A DNA stretch of 64,000 nucleotides. Origin: Bugula neritina (taxonomy: Eukaryota; Animalia; Bryozoa). This document shows positions 52,634-64,000 of the stretch, piece after piece (within the stretch, counting starts at the first letter, position 1; each line of letters starts with the position of its first letter). The notes beneath the pieces were generated by a model. That model had not been told where the DNA came from, made no database searches, and saw nothing but the letters and a program-made list of their open reading frames with translations. The stretch covers positions 12,638,642 through 12,702,641 of the forward strand of contig OZ037770.1 of the NCBI GenBank assembly GCA_964035545.1, written 5' to 3'. A program made the translations under genes and the position numbers.

Positions 52634-53486
52634 TATAACTGTGCAAAACAAAAGTTAACCTAATACTGTTATGCAACAAACTTAAACATGTCATCCTATA
52701 ATTATAAGTGATATTTGATATTAACATGATAAGCTGCAGCTTGCTTTATCTGAGGAAAGCAATACAGTTATACTACTTTAGTTTCAAAGTCAAAAGTGCC
52801 ACAAGCAAGTAATAACTATGTCCAATAAAAGTTGTGCTGTGATTGCCAGCCAATCAAAATAGGTTGTCTGCTACTTTACTTGATGATTTGAAAAATAGAT
52901 ACAACTAATTATATATCAATCAAAACAATAGATATGCATTGAAAGCTATATGAGAGTTTGCATCATGTTGTTACATATGCTAAATTGTCTTGGCAGTAAA
53001 TTCTCCTTTAAAAATATTAATATGTGACTTATTAGCAGATTTCTGATTCTAAAGACTTCAAATTTATATTTAATATTTACTACATGTTAACATTGCAGTG
53101 TTACATAGTATTATCTAAAATATTTAAAATACTTATTGAGCATTATGTTAAAAAAAATCAAAAAAATTTTTGAATCAAATATTATAGTTACAATAATTAG
53201 AAGCCTTAATCCTTGCATAGCAGATTTTCAGTTTAGTTTATAGAGTGCATTATAGAAATTTATGTTTCTACTTGAAAAATCTGAACACTAAATTAATCTA
53301 GACAGATATACTATAAATATAATAGAAAATTTATCTCATCTGTATTTATCATAACCTATTTGCGTATTAAATCATCATAAAAATCTTTTTATATCAAGTA
53401 TGGCACATATTAATTTGGTCTTTGAAAAGATGACTATAATATGGTCCTATTACATAAGAAATTGGCATGATTATTCAAGGTCATTT

Positions 53487-54845
53487 TTAACTGATAGTGT
53501 TAGGGAGGGTCAAATGTTCACCCCAATTCGGCAAGCCGTAGTAATTCAAATAATCATTTGCACTATCTATCATTGCAGACGTAATCTCTATCTTTCTATT
53601 TTCTATTCGTTTTCTGTCAAGGATTGTACCTTTTTGACTGTCTTCGCTCAAAGCCTCATCTATCAGCCTTTTTCTCTCTGCTGTCAGCTCCATTCCTACG
53701 TGATTGAATAAAACTTCAAAGAATTTGGCATTGTCATCTCGAAGATGTTCATATTTAACTGCCACTACTGATGAACCTTTAGCTACCATTTCTTTGTAAT
53801 GAAAACACGCCTCGGCAAACTGAATGACAGCAACGATGAAATCATCACTCTTGAGCAAGTTTTCTTTTTTGAACACCCATTTGAAATGCTGTTGATTGCT
53901 ACAGCTGACGAAAAGTACGGTAGATGGATAGACTGGTGGCAGGAGACGGGAGAGTAGACGGTTGTTGGCAACTGCTAAAGAGATTTCACCTTGTAGATGA
54001 CTACCTCTGGTTGGTTTGTACATAGAGATAATTTGCTCTTTTATGCCGCGGTACATGAAAATTTCACAGAATTCTGGAAACAGTTTGGGTATCAGCTGAA
54101 GGTCAATTTTTGACATATATGCTTGGGACTTAACGGCAAAGATATTGGCTTCTTTCTTATATGGCTTTAATATCAATCTGACAGCGTTTTTATATATTGT
54201 TTGATAATTCTTTAAGTTGAAATAAGCCACTTCTTTTTTCCCCAAACTCTTTTCTTTAAACGCCATTTCTAAGGAGAATAAACACAACGGTTCAGATATT
54301 GACACAACATCTGGTAGAGAATTGAAGACCTGAGACATAGCTGTGGATCCACACCTTCCAGTATGATAAATCCATATTACTTTAGCTTTTGGGTCTCCCA
54401 ACTCTTCACCAAGTTTTATCATTGAACTTATGGGCATGATGAGAAGATATCTTGTTTTTATCGGCTGTATTAGAGACAAAAAAGGGTACTTTCTAACATC
54501 AAGAACATCTTCATCCGAGTCACTAACACTGAAAATAGCTTCTTTATCAGTTACTGTCATTAATGTGATGTGTTTCTGTAGAGCATAAGTTGGATGAACA
54601 AACCTCATGTGAGTAGACAGGAAGTGATGTCGTAGGTTAATATTCATTATTCTTCCTACAGAATTCTTCCAAACTTTGAGTAGCTGAGCAGATGACTCAT
54701 AATTCTTTCCATTCCGGCAGCTCTTCAAGTGACTCTGAACTCCTGTCAGCCACCAGGAGACCAACTGGCAGCAACGGAACAGAGAGTATATTACCAGGTA
54801 GATGCAGTGCTTCACAAACATAACGTTTATAGTCCTCATAGCCAT
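53487..54845 (-). CDS. Sulfotransferase-like P-loop protein, paralog 4 (452 aa, intronless CDS)
   Basis: ATG at 54845; differs from paralog 3 at only a few residues. Confidence 0.85.
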   Translation of the reverse strand: MAMRTINVMFVKHCIYLVIYSLFRCCQLVSWWLTGVQSHLKSCRNGKNYESSAQLLKVWKNSVGRIMNINLRHHFLSTHMRFVHPTYALQKHITLMTVTDKEAIFSVSDSDEDVLDVRKYPFLSLIQPIKTRYLLIMPISSMIKLGEELGDPKAKVIWIYHTGRCGSTAMSQVFNSLPDVVSISEPLCLFSLEMAFKEKSLGKKEVAYFNLKNYQTIYKNAVRLILKPYKKEANIFAVKSQAYMSKIDLQLIPKLFPEFCEIFMYRGIKEQIISMYKPTRGSHLQGEISLAVANNRLLSRLLPPVYPSTVLFVSCSNQQHFKWVFKKENLLKSDDFIVAVIQFAEACFHYKEMVAKGSSVVAVKYEHLRDDNAKFFEVLFNHVGMELTAERKRLIDEALSEDSQKGTILDRKRIENRKIEITSAMIDSANDYLNYYGLPNWGEHLTLPNTIS

Positions 54846-55082
54846 GGTGCGCAAGTAGGAGCTACTGAGATGCAATACAGTTATGATGTGATATGAATCT
54901 ACAGTATTCCAGTGTTTGCTTATCAGTTAACTGCTAACCTGGATTATTTTGCACCATCAAACATGCAAATAGTGACACGGTATGACAAGTGATTGGTGGG
55001 CTACTAAATAATGTAATATGTGGTGTAATCACGTGTCTGTTACATAAACTATTTTTATTACTTCATCAATGATAAGCTCAAG

Positions 55083-58000
55083 TAGTCTAGAAGTAACCTC
55101 CAATTATCTTTCACTCATTACACTTCGAGGGGTGGCCACCCAATTCTTTTAGAAATAGAAAGTTTGAAGGGTCCTAATTAGTCTGTGAAAACTCTAGACT
55201 GTTCTGTGCACCCAGTTAGTCACAAAAGCGCTTCAAACTTTTAAAATTATTCAGGAGTTGTTTTCTCTTAACGTTTTTTTTTTAATCAGCTAAATATTTT
55301 AGAATTATTCAAGCTAATTTATTTTATATAAACAAAATAAATTTGCTAATAATTATTGATAATTTTTTTACTTTTTTTTTTATAAAAACTCTAAATTTTT
55401 CTGTTCACCCGGTTAGTCACAAAAACTCTTTTAAATGTTACAGGAGTTGTTTCCCCACAACTTTGTCCAAATCCATTAAATATTATCTTGAAATTATTGA
55501 AGCTAGTTTATTATATATACAAGCAAAAACTTTTGCAGATAATCATAGATGTGTTTTTCACTTCTCTGAGTTTATTTCTAGTGATTTTCTTGTGAAAAAA
55601 TCTGAAAAAAGTGGATTATTTGGACGAAAACAAGCAAAGGAATGGGTTTATTAGTTATAAGGGAAACATTATTATTGATCAGCTATAAAAAAGGCGAATT
55701 ATAAGTAAATATGTGTCTGATAATGATTTTCTTCACCATTTTTATTATATAATAACTACTTTTACAAAAAAGTAATGAGAAGCATGAGCTGGTTGATCTG
55801 CACTCCGGAAGATAATATTTTAAATGTGTACAATTGAGCTTTGCTAATAAACTTAGGCTGAACTATATATATATACATAAGCAATTTGGTTTTTAAAACA
55901 ATGCTACTGGTTAAAATGCATATTTTTATACTATCTTGATATAATGACTATAGAGCCAATTTATCTCAGTTATAGTTACAGAAGAAATACCCTAAAGCCT
56001 TCCTATAATGTTTAATATATATGGTTATATTTAGACCACCCATTAGAAAAATGATCTTGGGCTGCCTCATTCAAAGATCATAGGCATGTACTTTTTTCAT
56101 GTGTGCCGTTTGTTACAAAAATAATAATTTTTTATCAGCAAATAAAATAAGCTGAGTTTGAGACTGGTGCATTTTTATGTGAAACATGGAGTAAAAATAT
56201 TTTAGAGAACAATATTGTTATTATAGTTGATGCATACCAAAAAACATTTCGTTCGCTACAATTTTACCAAACATGGTGGAATTTCTAAGAAAGCACAACT
56301 CAAATGCTTACAATTAGATCATGAGAAAGCAGATACACAAACTTTGTTACATGCAAAATATCTTATGAACATCATAATCTCACGTGTAATAATCAAATCT
56401 CAATCTTTCATCCTAAGTCTCGCTATTTGCAAAACATTACCTTCTTACCAATTATTTTTTTTCACTGGTGTGGTAATCATGGTGTCATGCCAGATAGAGG
56501 CTAAACTTAATTTTCTACTTAGACGCTAGTTATTTATTTTGGTAAAATGTATTTTCATGTGCAACTTATTTTAATATTATTGAAATATATGTATATTTAA
56601 ATAAACTTGGATCAATTGCTTGTTATTTAGCACATAAATAAATTCTTTTGATTTGCATTAACTTATTAATTTTGTATATTATTTTATACATCTTGCCTGT
56701 TGTTTGAAAATATATTTTGCTAATAAGTATCCATTAAAGATAGTGTCTATTATTAATTGTATTACTATATTAGTATTAGTATTAGTATTAGTATATGTAT
56801 TAGCTACATATAGCTATTAGCATATTAGCAATCAATTCATCAGTTATATAGGTAATATTAATATATATGGTAACAAAATAAAAACTGTGTCTCGCTGGGA
56901 GGAAACCATAATCATATTAAGTATTTGGATGTCAACATTGCAGCAAATAAATCCAGACCGCAGTTGTGAGCAGCACTCACTAGATTTCATGCTTTAACAG
57001 GTTTTTATTCGACTATAGTGCTTTTTATGGAAAAGGATAGCGCACAGCCTACTCTTTTTTGAGAAAATATTCATAATGTATGGGAAACTTTGAACACCTT
57101 GCATGGGAAGTATTTTAAGCTGTAAGCCATTACAGCGGCTGAAGTAGAACAATTTGTTTATAAGCTTTATGGAGCAGGAAATCCATATATAGATAATGTC
57201 TGATACACTGTATTTTGTTCACCGTCTAAAATAACTTTATAGAGTTTGCCTCCAACAAAAGATGAATTAAATTTGCATGTAAAAAGAGCAAATTATCAGG
57301 CAGCCATTTGGAGAAGGGTGACAATAGCCTATATTGATGCACTACCCCCAGAACATTATGAAAATATTGTTGAGAATCATGGCAACATAAATATAAAGTG
57401 GATGATTCAAGCTTCCGTACCTGAACATGTATATTGCAAACTTTAAACTGCTCCTGTAAAACCAACTGCAACATATCAAGATGTGGATGTCAGAAATCTC
57501 AAATGCAGTGCATACACTGATGTTTGTCAATGTAAGGATTGTCTGAGAAGAAGATCTATATTGGGGAAGAAGCTGATGAGACTGATGGCAGTGACAATGG
57601 TGACGAGAATAATTTTTCATAATAAAGCACTATTTTTAGACATTTGTTATATATTTTGCTGCAACCAATTTGATTTTGATAATCTCTCATGCTTCTGTTC
57701 CTCTAAATAATTTTACAAAATCTTGTTGATTTTTGCAGACGTTTAACGGCTACCCACAGACTATATAGCAAATGGTTCACTTGGGCTCAGCTCAAAGGAT
57801 TTCAATGTATTTATTCATTTCAACATTTATTTTGTACTATAATTTTATAAATATAGTTTTTTTCACACATCAGCATGACTTTGTTTTTATTTTTGTATAA
57901 ATAGCTTGGTCATACATGATTATTCTGCATGCTTATGCCTCATGCAATATATGTCGATTCATAACAAACACATATGTTTATATAAACAACTTGGTTTTAA

Positions 58001-58695
58001 TTTGAGATAGCGTCTTGCGATCTTTATAAATTCAATATCAGCATAGAATTCTAAGTAAAAGGCAATTATTTTTGGTATTTCAGCAAATATTTTTTCTTCA
58101 AGATAGCTTGATAAAATTGGATACTATTTTGCACAATCCACATTTCTTTTTATCACCCATCTAAAATGTCGATTTGTTTTTTGCAATAACTTGAGTTTGG
58201 GTAGAGATAGAGTTCTAAGGTTTGTAGATTCAGAATCAGCACAAAATTTTAATCTAAAAACAACTTTTTTTGAGTGGCTATTTAGTAAAGTGTAATAAGC
58301 CAATTTTTTGAGCACTTTTTGGGAGGTTACTTCTAGACTAGGCTATATATTATGTTTATATAAACAACGTGGTTATAATTTGAGATAGCCTCTTGCAGCC
58401 TTTAAATTCAGTATCAGCATAGAATTCTAAGTAAGAGGCAATTATTTTTGGTATTTCAACAAATATTTTTTCTTCAAGATAGCTTGATAAAATTGGATAC
58501 TATTTTGCACAATTCACAAATGCCGATTTGTTTTTTTGCAATATCTTGAGTTTGGGTAGAGATAGAATTCTAGAGTTTATAGATTCAGAATCAGCACAAA
58601 ATTTTGATCTAGAAACAACTTTTTTTGAGTGGCCACCTAGTAAAGTGTAATAAGCCAATTTTTTGAGCACTTTTTGGGAGGTTACTTCTAGACTA
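55083..58695 (+). mobile_element. Academ-like DNA transposon, internally deleted, 3-bp TSD (AAG), duplicated right end
   Basis: 19-bp perfect TIR TAGTCTAGAAGTAACCTCC. AAG on both sides (55080-55082, 58696-58698). The empty site CTCAAGTGCC is present in copy A (~33351-33360, reverse strand). Transposase relics: DHEKADT, FHALTG, LPPTKDELNLHVKRANYQAAIW and a Cys-rich tail. Confidence 0.9.
57974..58695 (+). repeat. Tandem duplication (~350 bp) of the Academ right terminus
   Basis: 57974-58340 and ~58351-58695 both end in GGGAGGTTACTTCTAGACTA. Confidence 0.9.
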
Positions 58696-60322
58696 AAGTG
58701 CCTTTTACACACGGAGAGCTAGTAAAATAGTTCTGGTTAAATTAAATGCTGCACACCACAAAAGATAAAGGGCTAATTAAAGGTATTTGTGTACAGTTTG
58801 CTTTGTAAATTAGAGTTGTCATCCTTATGTGAGGAACATAATGAGTATGGTTTGGTTTTACTAGAATGTAGAGGAGTGCATGTGTAATTAAAATATTGCA
58901 TATGCCAGAACATGAAGTTAATTGATTTTTTTTAAATTTAAGATGATGAAAAGTTTGATTCTCTCCACTCTTTTGCTATTCTAATTTTGTCTAATGAAGT
59001 TTATTTTGAAATTTGAAGGAAGCTACTGTCAAATAAATACACTAGTGTTACCATCTACCCTAAAATTCAGTAACTGTCTACATGATTATGTAGATTTTTA
59101 AATATGGAGTTGTATTTCCAATTGTTTACCTTGTGTGAAAAACAACTTTTACTATATGAACTTGGTCAATCATTCTGCAATATATGGATTCAAACCAGTA
59201 CTGCAAAGCAATATAAATAGTTTCTGCAAGGTTAACTCGAATTATGCTGCCAATTCTATTAATTTTGTTGGTTTATAATAATTTATTAATTTAGCTTGTA
59301 ATGTATGTCTACATACTATTGTTGCTGGGAATTATATTTGGAAAAAATAATGCTGATTTATAAATATATTTGATTATATAGCATTGGATGTGTTACTTGC
59401 GAACAGATTAGTTTTTTAGAGTCAAGTTAATGAAATAAGTTGAGCAAATAATATACTAGGAAATAGCACTTTTTCTTAATTCGATAATAGCTATGTTTCT
59501 CAACACGAGGCTAAGGTTTTGTAACTTACAGACTGCTACTCAGTGTTTTTTTCTCGTGAAACAGAAATATGTTGGCATATGGCAATCAGTTAGATGTTAA
59601 AAGTTGAGTCTTTGAGTCGTTTGCTATTCATGAATAATGGAGAGTGACTGAATAATCGATTTGAGTTGATTAAATTAGGCATGAAATATAAATCCAACAG
59701 ATTTTACTTTATATTAATTCGTCATCTATGTTGACTAGTTCACCAAGCGTAAGTATTTTTTCTTCATAGTTCAGGAGTGTAATGTTATATAAATGTTGAA
59801 TGTGCAAGAATAATATTTCTTACAGAATTTTGACTTCTCCGACTTTGACAGAATGAAAGTGAGGGAAGAAGACAACTTCAGGTTGATCACACAGCTCAGT
59901 GATGGTTGGCTAGATTTTCAAGAAAATCAGTAAGGTGCTGCAGTAATTCAAATTAATTTCTCTATTAATTGCTGAATCAAATGATTCTAGAAAGCTATAT
60001 GATTTTAGTTGACTTTGTTATTGTTTTAACTTTTTATGTCTTTGTTTAAATTATTCTAATTCCTTTTAATTTATTAATGTGCTTTTATAAGGTAAAAATG
60101 TGCAGGGAATAGATTGTATACTTGTACATTTGTAGATTGATGAATGATGCGGTCATTTCAATGTATTATTGGCGATTTGTAAATATTTATGGCATAAAAT
60201 TTTCACCCAGTATTTTGTTTGCATTATGTAAGAGTCCAAAATCAAATATATATTGTGCCTAGTAGTAGCTTTATTTGATCACTTATAGCAGTATTTATTT
60301 TTTTATAGCTTCTCAAGAATAA

Positions 60323-60539
60323 GCCTAGGGCCACACGGTGCGTATTTTCGCATGCGAAAATTGAAATCACAAGTAGCAAAGGTGTCCACTGTGCGCGTTG
60401 AGAAAACATTCGCACTTGTCGCTCTGCATTTTCAACGCAAGTGCGAATCGTCTCTGTCGTCGTCACCTAATTGGCTGGTAGTTATTCAGCGAGCCCAATT
60501 TCTTTATTTAGTGCTATATTCCAGCAAATTGCGTTTCAT
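60323..60539. mobile_element. Probable PIF/Harbinger-type terminus (one end only)
   Basis: Begins GCCTAGGGCCACACGG right after TAA, exactly where homology to copy C (GGAATAAGTATC) ends; CpG-rich. No partner end found. Confidence 0.45.
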
Positions 60540-62107
60540 TGAAAGGGGTTAGAGTGTATGCCTAGTGTTGTGGTGGGTTTTACTGATTTTGAGTATTGTA
60601 AACTCACAGAATAATATATATAATATGGCCTTGGGGTGAGCTCGGGGTCGGTGTGCAGTTGCGGGTTAATAGCTTGGCTGCGAGGTAACTCCAGCTCCTG
60701 TCCGTCTGGTAGGGGTGAAGTGGAGACTCCAGGTTAGAGTAGTCGGCTGGTGGTGCTCCTCGGTCTATGGTCCTGAGCTAGCACTCACAAAATTACTCTA
60801 ACACATTCTAATTAGGTTGCATACATTCTATATAAATATTCTTAATCGTTCTTCAACCAGTCTCAAGTCTCTCCATTCTCCCATTTGCACTAGGTTATAT
60901 AGCTATAACACTCACACAAGCCACACCCACGCTATAAGTAATATTAATGTCAAACTTAGAGTTGTGCACCCCACACACATGCAACAACAAGAGATGACAA
61001 CTACACATATTTATAATACTTATAAATCCAGATATAACATTCCCGTCACAATAAAAATTTGCAGTTCCACCTGTAAATACTTAACTAGGGGCATTGCGAT
61101 TTAAGGATAAATATTGCAGTAACAAGGTCGAACTATTAAATATGTAATTACTTTAGGACTACTGGACATATTAGAACTTGCAATATATTAGGCATTGGGT
61201 ATAATTGATATTAATAGACGTATTGGAAATTACTACATACATAGTAACCTTTATATAATAGCTGTGAGTGTCTACTAGCCTCACAACTGTTTAATAGGGC
61301 CGTGGGATTTACTACTACTATTGATTAAGTTATAGAATAGGTAACATACAAGAGAACAGTACAGCAAGAATAAGTTCAACTTCTGTCTATTGAAAGTTGC
61401 AAATTTCCTTTTGTTATCTTTTATAAAATAGAGCCTATCAGATAAAATGCTATAGATGCATGTATGCTATATATGTATGTATGTATATGTATGTATATAT
61501 ATATTTTTTTTAATCACCTTGTGGATCACTTTATGTTCTATTGGAGAAATTAGTATATTAAATATTAGTCTGTACTTCTGTTACTATACCTACACTTGAA
61601 AAAATTAAAAACGTTTATTCAGTAAATAGAACCATAATATGTTAGTGCATGTAGCATGCAAGATCTTAATGATGAAACTTGAACAAGCCAAGACCTATAG
61701 GTAGAAAAGTAGCTTCGTCAGTCAGCGTTTATTTATTTTTTTCTTTGCAGCGATTGCATCAATTTCTATTCTTTAAACTAAATGAGTTAGCACGACTTAA
61801 GTCTGAATTTCATAGTTAACTAAGCATTATAAATTAAATCTTAAAATTAAAAAGTATGCAGGGTATTTTTAAATTACTTAATCGGTAATGATATATAGCC
61901 ATTTGTAAATGGGTTGTGGCTGTGTAGCCCTATCTTCAAGGAAAGTATCAATTACCATTATTCTAGATTAATGAGATATTATGAGACATATGCAATTTAA
62001 TTATAAGCTTACTTCCACATTAAATATAATAACCTTTTAATCTGACAGATGTTGCCAGACCAATTATTTTGATTAATGACTTATCTAATTCTAAGTAGCC
62101 CCTCTTA

Positions 62108-62790
62108 CCCCCTATTCACACTTACCGTACCGTACGCCGTAACAGCAAATTTTAGCGATTTTTGTTAACATCCGGGCTAAATCGTACTCCGGTATACATT
62201 GCGGCGTTGATCAAGCAGTGCTTGATTCAAAAAATCACGGCGGGCTCCTATTGGGTAGAGTTGATCTGGTACTAAAATTTAAAGAACATTTTCGCTAGTT
62301 TATTTTAATCGCTTATTTTTGATTTAATTTAACCAATTCAAAAGTTTTAAAAGATTAAAAAAATCTTTATCCGGCTTGTTTGAATTAAACTCAGCTTAAA
62401 AATCTATCTTTCCCTAATCACAAAATCAAGCAAACCAAAAACTTAAAAATGATTTGGACGGCTTAAATATTCATTATTTAAATTAGTTTGCACAATTATT
62501 TTAAAAACTAATATATTTAAAAGAAAGATTCTTTTCATGTAATTGCTTTTATTTAGTAAATAGCATTTATATAACATCTTTTGATAAGAATGTTGCGAAT
62601 AATTTGTAAATAATATTCAAAGGCGTTCAAATCACCGCAGACAAGAGTTGGCTTTATTATGATTGGTCACAGCTCAACGTCATGCATTGTACTTTTACGG
62701 CAAGTGTGAACACCCGTTGACAAAATGCAACAGCGTCGCCATTTTATTTTTGCTGTTACGGCGTACGATACGGTAAGTGTGAATGAGGGG
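62108..62790. mobile_element. PIF/Harbinger-type MITE (683 bp)
   Basis: ~41-bp imperfect TIR CCCC..ATTCACACTTACCGTA.CGTACGCCGTAACAGCAAA; TTA TSD at 62105-62107 and 62791-62793. Confidence 0.88.
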
Positions 62791-64000
62791 TTATTAGTAT
62801 AAAATCGGCAAGGATTAGCATAATTAGTATAATTTATTCTATATACCATCTTTGTAACTATAGTGGAAAAACTGTAGTCTGCAATGCTATACACACAGTA
62901 ATAGCAATGGCCTTGTATTATATTCTGTTTATGTAGCACTAAACTCATATCAGCGTTTACTCTAATCTAATTGTATGTGGGACTTGAACTAAGAAATTAT
63001 AATTAATTACTCCTGACTTTTGATATTGGCTGTGGCGACTTACATTTATAAGCTTGTATTCAATGCTAAATGCAACTATATACATATCAAGCAAATCATA
63101 TGGCGTGGGAAAAGGCTATAAAGAAGATTGGAGTATGGTGGTACCAGTCTATACCAACGTAATATGTGATTAAGGATTAGAGGTCTACGTAGATAAGTGT
63201 ATTTACTGGGGCTAGTATATTTCTTTATAAGGATAAGGCTAACATAATTAATATAATATGATGACTGCATGAGCCTGCTGCAAACTAAGATGTATATAGA
63301 TATGAAGAGAATGGCGATTGATCTAGGCAAGAGGCGGTTAGCCTGTGTATCTTTACCACAATAATATAAATGTCTACAGAGTAAATATAGAGCCCATAAT
63401 TTGAACAAAACATGGGAGTGACTGAGGCTGCACAGGTGGCAGCTGACATGCCCCATGCGCTGCAGTCACATGTAGCAATGCCAGCCCCCACAGTGCCTGT
63501 CTCCACATATATCCTACTATAACAATAACGCTTATATTCTATTTTCCTCTTGAAGAAGTAATTGCAAACAACATTGATCCCTGGTAACTCTTATATGAGT
63601 TTGGTACACATAACTACAGTATAATATTTTTATAGTTAGTTTTATTTATGTTTTCAAATAAGTAAGCTCATACTGGATTACTGTCGTGTCATAATAAATG
63701 AAGTCATATACTGTCATACGTGAGGCGCCAGCACAAGTTGTGCTTAAATGTGCGTCGTGGCCAGGCAGCAGCAGCGCTTCATTAATAGAAAATTCACAAC
63801 ATGAGATTATATACATATATCCATCTACAACATATAGAAAGTAGTTAGTACTTATAGCTAGCATGCAGGATAGCAAAATGCACCAGAGTAATGTGCACTC
63901 AGTCTATTTCATACGTCTATGAAATTTAGTCTAGTCAATGTCAAAGTATAGAGCTCTATGGACGTCCAGTAGTAATGTTTGTTTTTTGCAAGGCCTGTAA

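Larger units (their letters stand above)
52309..58955 (-). repeat. Segmental duplication copy B (inverted copy of 33097-36157, interrupted by an Academ at 55083-58695)
   Basis: Direct comparison of both ends and of the gene body. Confidence 0.9.

Noticed and set aside
63285-63876. GC-richer patches that might be exons of a gene extending beyond the window
   Set aside because: No recognisable protein motif or consistent exon chain could be built.

Overview
AT-rich eukaryotic (invertebrate-like, intron-containing) genomic DNA; not prokaryotic and no CRISPR array. Left third, minus strand: a two-exon GT92/DUF23-type glycosyltransferase gene and a 26-exon gene that I assembled by hand with phase-compatible splice sites. 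The latter encodes a ~2007-aa type I membrane protein: signal peptide, F5/8C discoidin-like domain, NHL/YWTD-like propeller, two copies of an unassigned Cys module, EGF and EB-like modules, a TM helix, and a cytoplasmic tail of ~21 x 27-aa charged repeats. Middle and right: a cluster of four intact, intronless P-loop sulfotransferase-like paralogs plus a 5' fragment. These show gene-conversion mosaicism and sit in inverted and direct segmental duplications. Interleaved mobile elements are a foldback Academ transposon with two 3' ends, a second Academ with a 3-bp TSD confirmed by empty sites, a 5'-truncated BEL/Pao LTR retrotransposon, tRNA-derived SINEs, PIF/Harbinger MITEs and microsatellites. 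All domain and family assignments are motif recognition by eye, not database results.
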